The notes under the pieces are model-generated. The model did not search any database. It had not been told where the DNA came from and worked only from the letters and a program-made list of their open reading frames with translations. The position numbers and the translations under genes were made by a program. A DNA stretch of 32,000 nt, from the NCBI RefSeq assembly GCF_001598795.1, contig NZ_BCZP01000006.1, forward strand, positions 240,001 to 272,000, in the 5' to 3' direction. Numbering within the stretch: position 1 is the first letter of the stretch; every line of letters starts with the position of its first letter. Of this stretch, positions 1 through 7,274 are shown in pieces. This stretch comes from Delftia acidovorans NBRC 14950 (GTDB lineage: Bacteria > Pseudomonadota > Gammaproteobacteria > Burkholderiales > Burkholderiaceae_C).

Positions 1-2
1 AG

Positions 3-854
3 GAGAACCGGCTGTTCGACGCCGGTGACGAGCAGGCCTACATGCGCCGCCAGCTGGATCTGGTGCACCAGCCCGCACGCCCGGGCATCGCCTTCCCGCT
101 GGTGCGCAAGCTGCTGGCCTTCAATACGCCCGAAGTGCAGCGCGTGGAGGTGATGATGCTGTCGCGCAACGACCCGGCCAGCGGCATGCGGGTCTTTGCC
201 TCGGCCAAGGCGGCCGACATGCACATAGAGCGCGGCGTGTTCACGCGCGGGCGCGATCCGTTTTCCTACCTGCGGCCACTGGGCGCCCACCTGTTTCTCT
301 CGGCCAATGAAGTCGATGTGCGCAGGGCGCTGTCCATCGGCTTTCCTGCCGCGCGCGTGATGGTCGACTCCACGCCCGCAGGCGACCGCTACCCGCAGGA
401 GGTGCGCATTGCCTTCGACGGCGATGCCGTGCTGTTCTCCGACGAGGCCGAACGCGTCTACCAGCAAGGCGGGCTGCCGGCCTTTCTGCGCCACGAGGTC
501 TCCCATGCCGCCACGCCGCTGGCGGAAGGGCCGTTCAAGCCGCTGCTGGTGGCGCTGCACCGGCTGCAGCAGCAGGCGGACTCGTCCCAGACCATGCGCA
601 TTCGCACGGCCCTGGTGACGGCGCGCAGCGCACCGGCGCACGAGCGTGCCATCCGCACGCTGCTGGAATGGGGCATTGCGGTGGACGAGGCCATGTTCCT
701 CGGCGGCCTGGAAAAGGGCCCGTTCCTGCGCGAGTTCGAGCCGGACTTCTTCTTCGACGACCAGACCGGCCACGTCAACTCGGCCGCGCGCCATGTGCCG
801 GCAGGCCATGTGAGCAGCGGCATCTCCAATCCGGACGCCGATCCGCCGAAGTAA
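3..854 (+). CDS. 5'-nucleotidase family protein (HAD-like bacterial 5'-nucleotidase family), 5' end cut by window edge
   Basis: The frame is open from base 3; ENRLFDAGDEQAY precedes the first ATG at 42, so the gene most likely starts upstream of the window. Segments PGIAFPLVRKLL, RVEVMMLSRND, IRIAFDGDAVLF and FFFDDQ match my recollection of this family. Strong GC3 bias. TAA stop at 852-854. Confidence 0.7.
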   Translation, partial: ENRLFDAGDEQAYMRRQLDLVHQPARPGIAFPLVRKLLAFNTPEVQRVEVMMLSRNDPASGMRVFASAKAADMHIERGVFTRGRDPFSYLRPLGAHLFLSANEVDVRRALSIGFPAARVMVDSTPAGDRYPQEVRIAFDGDAVLFSDEAERVYQQGGLPAFLRHEVSHAATPLAEGPFKPLLVALHRLQQQADSSQTMRIRTALVTARSAPAHERAIRTLLEWGIAVDEAMFLGGLEKGPFLREFEPDFFFDDQTGHVNSAARHVPAGHVSSGISNPDADPPK

Positions 855-916
855 ACAATTGCAAAGGGCGGGCGGGCCGTGCTTGCAAATGCCGGTTCCG
901 TGCCCAAATAAAGCCA

Positions 917-1381
917 ATGCATTTTCCCCTCATGAACCGCTCTGCCCTGCTGCGCCGGCCACCGCTGCTGCAGGCCGCCGTCGTCGTGCTGCTGACCAGC
1001 GCCTTCATGCTGCCCGCCGCGCGCGCGCAGGCGGCAGAAAACGCAGCCACCGAGCAGGCAACGGCCAGCCCGGCGCCGATGACCAAGGGGGAGATAAAGG
1101 CCCAGCGCGAATTCAAGATGCTGGACTTCAACAAGGACGGCAAGCTCAGCCGTGCCGAAGTGGCGCTGTTCCCGCGCCTGTCGGCAGCCTTCGACGAGGC
1201 CGACACCGACAAGGACGGATACGTCTCCTATGCGGAAGTGCAGGCCTTTGCCGTCAAGTACCGCGCCGAGCGCGACAAGGCAAAGGCCAAGGCGCGGGCC
1301 GAAGAGGCAAAGGCCGCCGAGCATGCGGCAGCAGCACCGGCAGCCAGGGACAAGAAGGAAGGCGAAGGCTCAAAGGACTGA
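917..1381 (+). CDS. Secreted EF-hand calcium-binding protein
   Basis: ATG at 917 (alternative ATG at 932). Signal-peptide-like N-terminus (LLQAAVVVLLTSAFMLPAARAQA). Two canonical EF-hand loops, DFNKDGKLSRAE and DTDKDGYVSYAE. Lys/Ala/Glu-rich tail. Confidence 0.8.
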   Translation: MHFPLMNRSALLRRPPLLQAAVVVLLTSAFMLPAARAQAAENAATEQATASPAPMTKGEIKAQREFKMLDFNKDGKLSRAEVALFPRLSAAFDEADTDKDGYVSYAEVQAFAVKYRAERDKAKAKARAEEAKAAEHAAAAPAARDKKEGEGSKD

Positions 1382-1405
1382 GCCTTCTTGCCCGGCCCCT
1401 GACAC

Positions 1406-1840
1406 TCAAAGACCGCCGGTACGCTTGACCTTGGGTTCCGAATAGGTCAACGGTTCGTCGCGCACCTGCATCTTGTTGCGGGCCACATCGTCGGCCTTGC
1501 TGACCTCCTGGGCCTGCTCCACCGCCATGGCGCTGGCACGCCACATGGACTGGATGAACTCGATGAGCTGCTTGGAGATCGGCTCCTTGGGCGGCTCCTC
1601 GACCTCTTCCTTCTGCTTGATCTCTTCGGCCAGCGTCCAGTCGCGGTTTTCCTGGTCCACCACGGACGGCTTTTCAGGATCGCGCACCACCCGGCCCTCG
1701 CCGATGCGGTCCGTGGATTCGACGGCGTTGGTGGCGTTCACAGGACGCACGGGCACCGCGCCCGACGCACCGGTGGAGTACAGATCGGCGCTTTGCGGGC
1801 GCCACGGTATGGGTGATCGGTCAACAGGTGGAATTGGCAT
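1406..1840 (-). CDS. Hypothetical protein (acidic, 144 aa)
   Basis: ATG at 1838-1840 (minus strand) is preceded by AGAGGG about 8 nt upstream. Strong GC3 bias, especially in the C-terminal two thirds. I recognise no family. Confidence 0.55.
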   Translation of the reverse strand: MPIPPVDRSPIPWRPQSADLYSTGASGAVPVRPVNATNAVESTDRIGEGRVVRDPEKPSVVDQENRDWTLAEEIKQKEEVEEPPKEPISKQLIEFIQSMWRASAMAVEQAQEVSKADDVARNKMQVRDEPLTYSEPKVKRTGGL

Positions 1841-1995
1841 GGCTCGACCCTCTTGCTGGATGTGTGCTGTGGGCGGGAATTTCCCGCCGTCGCCTCATCA
1901 TCGACAGAAGCTGAAAGAACTGAAGCGCTTTTTTTGAAAGACGCTTCGACCTGCCTCAAACCAAGGGTAAACCCTTTATTCGCCCCGACCAGGCG

Positions 1996-2499
1996 CTAGA
2001 GGAAGCGCTCCAGCAGCTTGCGCGAGGTGCGGTCCAGCGCCGTGCTGTCGGGCACGCTGAACTGCACGCCGTCCTGGCTGGTGATCATCAGATGCGTGCG
2101 GCCCGACAGGCGCCGGATGTCCTCCTCGGCCTTGAGCACGAGCTGCACGGGCCCCCGGTCGGTCTCCAGGTCCCAGGTGCTGGGCGTGGAAAAGCCGGAC
2201 ACCTTGTGGATGCGCTGGATGACGGGCACGAACTCGCGCACGGCCAGGTCTTCCTCGATCAGCGTGCGGGCCTGCGCCGGCAGGTGGTCCATGTGGTCCA
2301 CCCACAGCGCCTCCTTGCCATCGACGGAGACCAGGGACAGGCCTTCCAGCGGTGCGGCAATGGGAAAGGCGCGCACGGGCACCACGGATTCGTGGCGCGT
2401 GCCGTCGGCCAGGATCAGCACCAGGCGGCCATGGGCGTTGCGCTCCATGCGCACACCGCTCAGATCGGCGCCGGCAGCGGAATGTTGGGCGTTGGACAT
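1996..2499 (-). CDS. DUF1854 family protein (cyanophycin-locus associated)
   Basis: 167 aa. It starts 3 nt after the stop of the upstream ABC gene (2503), implying co-transcription. The sequence (GRLVLILADGTRHESVVPVRAFPI ... LDRTSRKLLERFL) matches my recollection of the DUF1854 family that accompanies this ABC transporter next to cphA genes. Confidence 0.8.
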   Translation of the reverse strand: MSNAQHSAAGADLSGVRMERNAHGRLVLILADGTRHESVVPVRAFPIAAPLEGLSLVSVDGKEALWVDHMDHLPAQARTLIEEDLAVREFVPVIQRIHKVSGFSTPSTWDLETDRGPVQLVLKAEEDIRRLSGRTHLMITSQDGVQFSVPDSTALDRTSRKLLERFL

Positions 2500-2502
2500 G
2501 GC

Positions 2503-4797
2503 TTATTCCTCGATGGTGGTTGCGGCCAGGGTCAGGCCTGCGGCCTGGGCATCTTCTTCGGCGCGCCGCGCCTGGGCCTGGTACAGGCGCCAGTAGGCGC
2601 CCTGCTTTTCCATCAACTCGTCGTGCGGACCCACTTCCACGATCTCGCCCCGGTCCATGACCACGAGGCGGTCGGCCTTGCGCAGCGTGGACAGGCGGTG
2701 GGCAATGGCAATCGTCGTGCGGCCCTGCACCAGATTGTCCAGCGCCTTCTGGATTTCCTTCTCGGTCTCGGTGTCCACGGCCGAGGTGGCCTCGTCCAGG
2801 ATCAGGATGCGCGGGTCGATCAGCAGTGCGCGCGCAATGGAGATGCGCTGGCGCTCGCCTCCCGACAGGCCCTGGCCGCGCTCGCCCACCAGGGAGTCGT
2901 AGCCATGCGGCAGGCGCAGGATGAATTCATGGGCGTGGGCCGCACGGGCCGCCGCCACGATTTCCTCGCGCGTGGCATCGGGCTTGCCGTAGGCGATGTT
3001 CTCGGCAATGGTGCCGAAGAACAGGAAGGGCTCCTGCAGCACCAGGCCGATGTTGCTGCGGAAGTCCGACACCTTGAGCCTGCGGATGTCCACGCCGTCG
3101 AGCTGGATGGAGCCCTCGCTCACGTCATAGAAACGGCTGATCAGGTTGACCAGGGTGCTCTTGCCCGAGCCGCTGTGCCCCACCAGACCGATCATTTCAC
3201 CCGGACGAATCTGCAGGTCCAGGTTCTTGATCACGGCGCGGCTGCCGTAGCGGAAGCTCAGGTTGTCCAGCGTGATGGCGCCCTGCACGCGCGGCAGCTT
3301 GACCGGGTTGACCGGGTCGGGCACGTTGCTCACGTGGTCGAGGATGTCGAAGATGCGCTTGGCGCCGGCCGCCGCCTTCTGCGTGACCGAGACGATGCGG
3401 CTCATCGAGTCCAGGCGGCTGTAGAAGCGGCCGATGTAGGCGATGAAGGCCGTCAGGATACCGACCGTGATCTGGCCGCCAGCCACCAGCCAGATGCCGA
3501 AGCCCCAGACCACCAGCAGGCCGATCTCGGTCAGCAGCGTCACCGTGGGCGTGAACAGCGACCAGGTCTTGTTGACCTTGTCATTGGCCTGCAGGTTGAC
3601 CAGGTTGGCCTGGGCGAAGCGGTCGGCCTCGCGCTTTTCCTGGGCGAAGGCCTTGACCACGCGGATGCCGGGGATGGTGTCGGCCAGCACATTGGTCACT
3701 TCGGACCAGACGCGGTCGATCTTCTCGAAGCCCGTGCGCAGGCGGTCGCGCACCAGATGAATCATCCAGGCGATGAAGGGCAACGGCACCAGGGTGACCA
3801 GGGCCAGCCACGGATTGATGGAGAACAGGATGACCGAGGTCATCACGATCATCAGCACGTCGGTGGCGAAATCCAGCGCATTCAAGGATAGAAACAAATT
3901 GATGCGATCTGTTTCCGCCCCGATGCGCGCCATCAGGTCGCCCGTGCGCTTGCTGCCGTAGTAGTCCAGCGACAGCGTCAACAGGTGGTTGTAGGTGGTG
4001 GTGCGCAGATCCGACCCTATCCGCTCGGACACCTTGGCCAGCACGAAGGTGCGCGCCCAGCCCAGGCCCCAGGCCACCAGCGCCGCCGCCAGCAGGCCGC
4101 TCAGGTAGAAGACCACGAGGCTGCTGTCGATCTGCTGCCCGTTCTGGAACGGGATCAGGATCTTGTCCACGATGGGAATCGTCAGGTAGGGCGCCACCAG
4201 GGTGGCGCCCGTGGAGGCCAGCGTCAGCAAAAAGCCCAGCAGCAGCTGGTGCCGGTAGGGATGGGCAAAGCGCCACAGGCGCAGCAGCACCCAGGTGGAG
4301 GTCTGCGGGCCCTGCTGGCGCGCGCAGGCCGGGCATTCGTCGGCCTCGGGCGGCAGCTCGGCCTGGCAGGCCGGGCAGCGGGGCACGTCGTCCTCGGGCT
4401 CGGCAAAGTCCTCGCCGCGTGCCAGGCGCTCGCGCTCATGGTCGAACTGCTGCAGCAGGCGCAGCACGGCCGCCTGGTGGCGCAGCGTGAAGCGCCACAG
4501 CGCCAGCCGCGCAGCAGGGCCATGCAGTTCGAGGTTGCCCACGCCGCCGTGGTCCAGCGTGCGCAGATTCTGATCAATGGATAGTGCCCACTCACTCCAC
4601 TGCTGATCTGCAGGATCACAGGCGAGGAGCCGCTGGTTGGTCAGCACAACCCAGCCTTCGCCGAAGCGCATATCGAGGGTCAGGTCAACCGGGACGAGGG
4701 CCAGCACGTTTTCATTGGAAGCGAGCTTGGCTCGCAGCCCAGCCCCGCGGGGGCTGGCAAGGAAGGCCGAAACGTCCACAGAATGGTGTTCTTGCAT
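2503..4797 (-). CDS. Fused ABC exporter (TMD+NBD) with N-terminal cytosolic extension and zinc ribbon; cyanophycin-locus associated
   Basis: Walker A GHSGSGKST, ABC signature LSGGERQR, Walker B ILILDEATSAVD, H-loop IAHRLST. Six predicted TM helices lie upstream of the NBD. The N-terminal ~200 aa hold a soluble domain plus CPACQAELPPEADECPAC (CxxC-x11-CxxC). I chose the ATG at 4795-4797 (MQEHHSVDV) over the ORF-track start at 4881. Confidence 0.9.
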   Translation of the reverse strand: MQEHHSVDVSAFLASPRGAGLRAKLASNENVLALVPVDLTLDMRFGEGWVVLTNQRLLACDPADQQWSEWALSIDQNLRTLDHGGVGNLELHGPAARLALWRFTLRHQAAVLRLLQQFDHERERLARGEDFAEPEDDVPRCPACQAELPPEADECPACARQQGPQTSTWVLLRLWRFAHPYRHQLLLGFLLTLASTGATLVAPYLTIPIVDKILIPFQNGQQIDSSLVVFYLSGLLAAALVAWGLGWARTFVLAKVSERIGSDLRTTTYNHLLTLSLDYYGSKRTGDLMARIGAETDRINLFLSLNALDFATDVLMIVMTSVILFSINPWLALVTLVPLPFIAWMIHLVRDRLRTGFEKIDRVWSEVTNVLADTIPGIRVVKAFAQEKREADRFAQANLVNLQANDKVNKTWSLFTPTVTLLTEIGLLVVWGFGIWLVAGGQITVGILTAFIAYIGRFYSRLDSMSRIVSVTQKAAAGAKRIFDILDHVSNVPDPVNPVKLPRVQGAITLDNLSFRYGSRAVIKNLDLQIRPGEMIGLVGHSGSGKSTLVNLISRFYDVSEGSIQLDGVDIRRLKVSDFRSNIGLVLQEPFLFFGTIAENIAYGKPDATREEIVAAARAAHAHEFILRLPHGYDSLVGERGQGLSGGERQRISIARALLIDPRILILDEATSAVDTETEKEIQKALDNLVQGRTTIAIAHRLSTLRKADRLVVMDRGEIVEVGPHDELMEKQGAYWRLYQAQARRAEEDAQAAGLTLAATTIEE

Positions 4798-5015
4798 GTT
4801 GAGTTGTTTTTCCCGCCCCTGGCGGCTCCTGGTGTCATGCGGGCAACCGCAGCTCCCCGGTGGATATCCCGCGCTTTGCACGGCATACCCTGCTCAACGC
4901 GCCAACCCTGGTTTAGGCTGACAGCACTGCGCATGGGCTTTCTGAGCGCACAATCCTCTCCCATTCTCCGGCGATCCGCACCCGGGTCGTCGCTCACGCT
5001 TACCCGTTGATCGAC

Positions 5016-7208
5016 ATGGCGAAATTCAAAGACATCCAACTCTTGCGCACCACCTACCTGCGTGGACCCAGCGTCTGGACCTACCGTCCCGTGCTGGAGG
5101 TCTGGCTGGATCTTGGTGAGCTGGAGGACTATCCCTCGAACAAGCTTGCCGGTTTCAACGAGCGCCTGACGGCCTGGCTGCCCGACCTGATCGAGCACCA
5201 CTGCGGCGTGGGCGAGCGCGGCGGCTTCATCCAGCGCCTGGAAGGCGGCACCTGGTGCGGCCATGTGCTGGAGCACATCATCATCGAGCTGCTGAACCTG
5301 GCGGGCATGCCGGCCGAGTTCGGCCAGACGCGCGAGATTTCCCAGCGCGGCATCTACCGCATGGTCTTCCGCTGCCCCGAGGAAACCGTGGCGCGCACGG
5401 CCCTGGCCTACGGCCACCGGCTGATCATGGCCGCCATCAACGACGAGCCCTTCGACCTGAAGGCCGCCGTCAAGGCCATCAAGACCGAGATCAACGACCG
5501 CTACCTGGGCCCGAGCACGGGCTGCATCGTCGATGCTGCAGGCGAGCGCCGCATTCCCCACATCCGCCTCAATGACGGCAACCTCGTGCAGCTCGGTTAT
5601 GGCGCCGCGCAGCGCCGCATCTGGACCGCCGAAAGCGACCAGACCAGCGCCATCGCCGAGGGCATTGCCCAGGACAAGGACTTCACCAAGCGCCTGCTGG
5701 CCGCCTGCGGCGTGCCCGTGCCCGAAGGCCAGATCGTCCACAGCCCCGAGGAAGCCTGGGAAGTGGCGCAGGACATCGGCTTTCCCGTCACCGTCAAGCC
5801 TTCGGACGGCAACCACGCGCGCGGCGTGACGCTGGACCTGCGCGACGAGGCCGACATCAAGACCGCCTTTGCGCTGGCCCAGCCCGAAGGCTCCGACGTG
5901 ATCGTCGAGCGCTTCATCGACGGCACCGAGCACCGCATCCTGGTCGTGGGCGGCAAGGTCGTGGCGGCCTGCCGTGGCGAGACCGTGAGCGTGGCCGGCA
6001 ACGGCAAGTCCACGCTGCGCGAACTGGTCGCCGTGGTCAACCAGGACCCGCGCCGCGGCCCCGAGCAGGAATACCCGCTGGACTGGATCAACCTCGAAGC
6101 CCCGGCCGTGAAGCTGGAGCTCAAGCGCCAGGACGTCACGCCCGACAGCGTTCCCGCCCAGGGCACCAGCGTGCTGCTGCAGCGCAACGGCAACATGGCC
6201 ATCGACTGCACGGATGAAGTCCACCCCGAAGTGGCCTACATGGCCACGCTGGCCGCCAAGATCGTGGGCCTGGACATCGCGGGCATGGACATGATCCTGC
6301 AGGACGTCTCGCGCCCCATGAAGGAGCAGGGCGGCGCCATCCTCGAAGTCAACGCCGGCCCCGGCCTGCTGATGCACCTGAAGCCCACCAGCGGCGCGCC
6401 GCGCCCCGTGGGCATGGCCATCGCCGACCACCTGTTCCCGCGCACCGAAGAGGGCACGGGCGCAGGCCGCATCCCCCTGGTGGGCATTGCCGGCACGCGC
6501 AACAACGGTTTCACGGCCCGCCTGGTGGGCTGGCTGCTGCAGCTGTCGGGCAAGCTCACGGGCGTGGCCAGCAGCGAGGGCATGTTCCTGTCCAACCGCC
6601 AGACCCAGAAGACCAACACCGCCAACTGGGCCGGTGCCCACCGCCTGCTGACCAACCGCCTGGCCCAGGCCGCCGTCATCCAGACCACGGCCCGCTCCAT
6701 TCTGGAGGAAGGCCTGGCCTACGATCGCTGCCTGGTCGGCGTGGTCACCGACATGGACGGCTTCGAGCAGTTGCCCGACCATGACGTGCACGAGCAGTCG
6801 CAGATGACGCGCGTGATGCGCACCCAGATCGACGTGGTGCTGGACGAAGGCGCGGGCGTCCTCAATGCCGACATCGAGCAGGTGGCCGACCTGGCCCGCC
6901 TGTGCGACGGCGAGGTGCTGTTCTATTCGATGCAGGCAGACAGTCCAGTGGTCGCGGCCCACCGTTCCGAGAGCGAAGGCCGCGCCGTCTTCGTGCGCGG
7001 CAACCAGGTGATCCTGGCCACGGGCGCGGCCGAGCGCATGCTGGGCACGCTGGACGCACTGAGCCTGCCCGGCGGCCTGCGCCCGGACACGCCGGCCCTG
7101 CTGGCCGCCATTGCCGCCGCGTGGTCCATGGACATTGCCCCCGACCTCATCGTCGCCGGCATCAAGACCTTCGACTACACGCCGGCCGCCGCAGCCACCG
7201 CCGCCTGA
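5016..7208 (+). CDS. Cyanophycin synthetase-like paralogue, shortened and with degenerate nucleotide-binding motifs
   Basis: The N-terminal domain and ATP-grasp region align well with the downstream cphA (KFKDIQLLRTTYLRGPSVW; IAQDKDFTKRLL; VKPSDGNHARGV; ILEVNAGPGLLMH). The Mur-ligase P-loop position reads GIAGTRNNGF (6483-6512) instead of GTNGKT. The protein ends after the central Mur-ligase subdomain, at 730 aa against 857 aa for the neighbour. ATG at 5016 is preferred to the TTG at 5007. Confidence 0.85.
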   Translation: MAKFKDIQLLRTTYLRGPSVWTYRPVLEVWLDLGELEDYPSNKLAGFNERLTAWLPDLIEHHCGVGERGGFIQRLEGGTWCGHVLEHIIIELLNLAGMPAEFGQTREISQRGIYRMVFRCPEETVARTALAYGHRLIMAAINDEPFDLKAAVKAIKTEINDRYLGPSTGCIVDAAGERRIPHIRLNDGNLVQLGYGAAQRRIWTAESDQTSAIAEGIAQDKDFTKRLLAACGVPVPEGQIVHSPEEAWEVAQDIGFPVTVKPSDGNHARGVTLDLRDEADIKTAFALAQPEGSDVIVERFIDGTEHRILVVGGKVVAACRGETVSVAGNGKSTLRELVAVVNQDPRRGPEQEYPLDWINLEAPAVKLELKRQDVTPDSVPAQGTSVLLQRNGNMAIDCTDEVHPEVAYMATLAAKIVGLDIAGMDMILQDVSRPMKEQGGAILEVNAGPGLLMHLKPTSGAPRPVGMAIADHLFPRTEEGTGAGRIPLVGIAGTRNNGFTARLVGWLLQLSGKLTGVASSEGMFLSNRQTQKTNTANWAGAHRLLTNRLAQAAVIQTTARSILEEGLAYDRCLVGVVTDMDGFEQLPDHDVHEQSQMTRVMRTQIDVVLDEGAGVLNADIEQVADLARLCDGEVLFYSMQADSPVVAAHRSESEGRAVFVRGNQVILATGAAERMLGTLDALSLPGGLRPDTPALLAAIAAAWSMDIAPDLIVAGIKTFDYTPAAAATAA

Positions 7209-7231
7209 GCCCGACCACACGATGACATGCA

Positions 7232-7257
7232 GGCAGGCCCGGCGACGCGGGCCTGCC
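7232..7257 (+). other. Intercistronic GC-rich stem-loop between the two cphA paralogues
   Basis: GGCAGGCCCG (7232-7241) pairs perfectly with CGGGCCTGCC (7248-7257); the loop is GCGACG. No T-tract follows. It lies 24 nt after the first stop and 18 nt before the second start. Confidence 0.5.
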
Positions 7258-7274
7258 CTCCGAAAGAAGACACT

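Noticed and set aside
1841-1995. Terminator candidates between the DUF1854 gene and the hypothetical gene (GGCGGGAA/TTCCCGCC at about 1872-1888; GAAGCG...CGCTTC at 1922-1947)
   Set aside because: The hairpins are real in the sequence, but neither is followed by a T-tract on the transcribed (minus) strand, and the loops are either too short or too long. I did not call them as terminators.
2092-3891. 599-aa plus-strand ORF
   Set aside because: It is antisense to the ABC transporter, which has unambiguous Walker A, signature and Walker B motifs on the minus strand. The ORF is a compositional artefact.
4798-5015. Sigma-54 type promoter (GG-N10-GC) in the cphA/ABC divergent region near 4878-4895
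   Set aside because: The GGCATACCCTGC segment has the wrong GG-to-GC spacing relative to the TGGCAC-N5-TTGC consensus, and no enhancer-binding protein gene is nearby.
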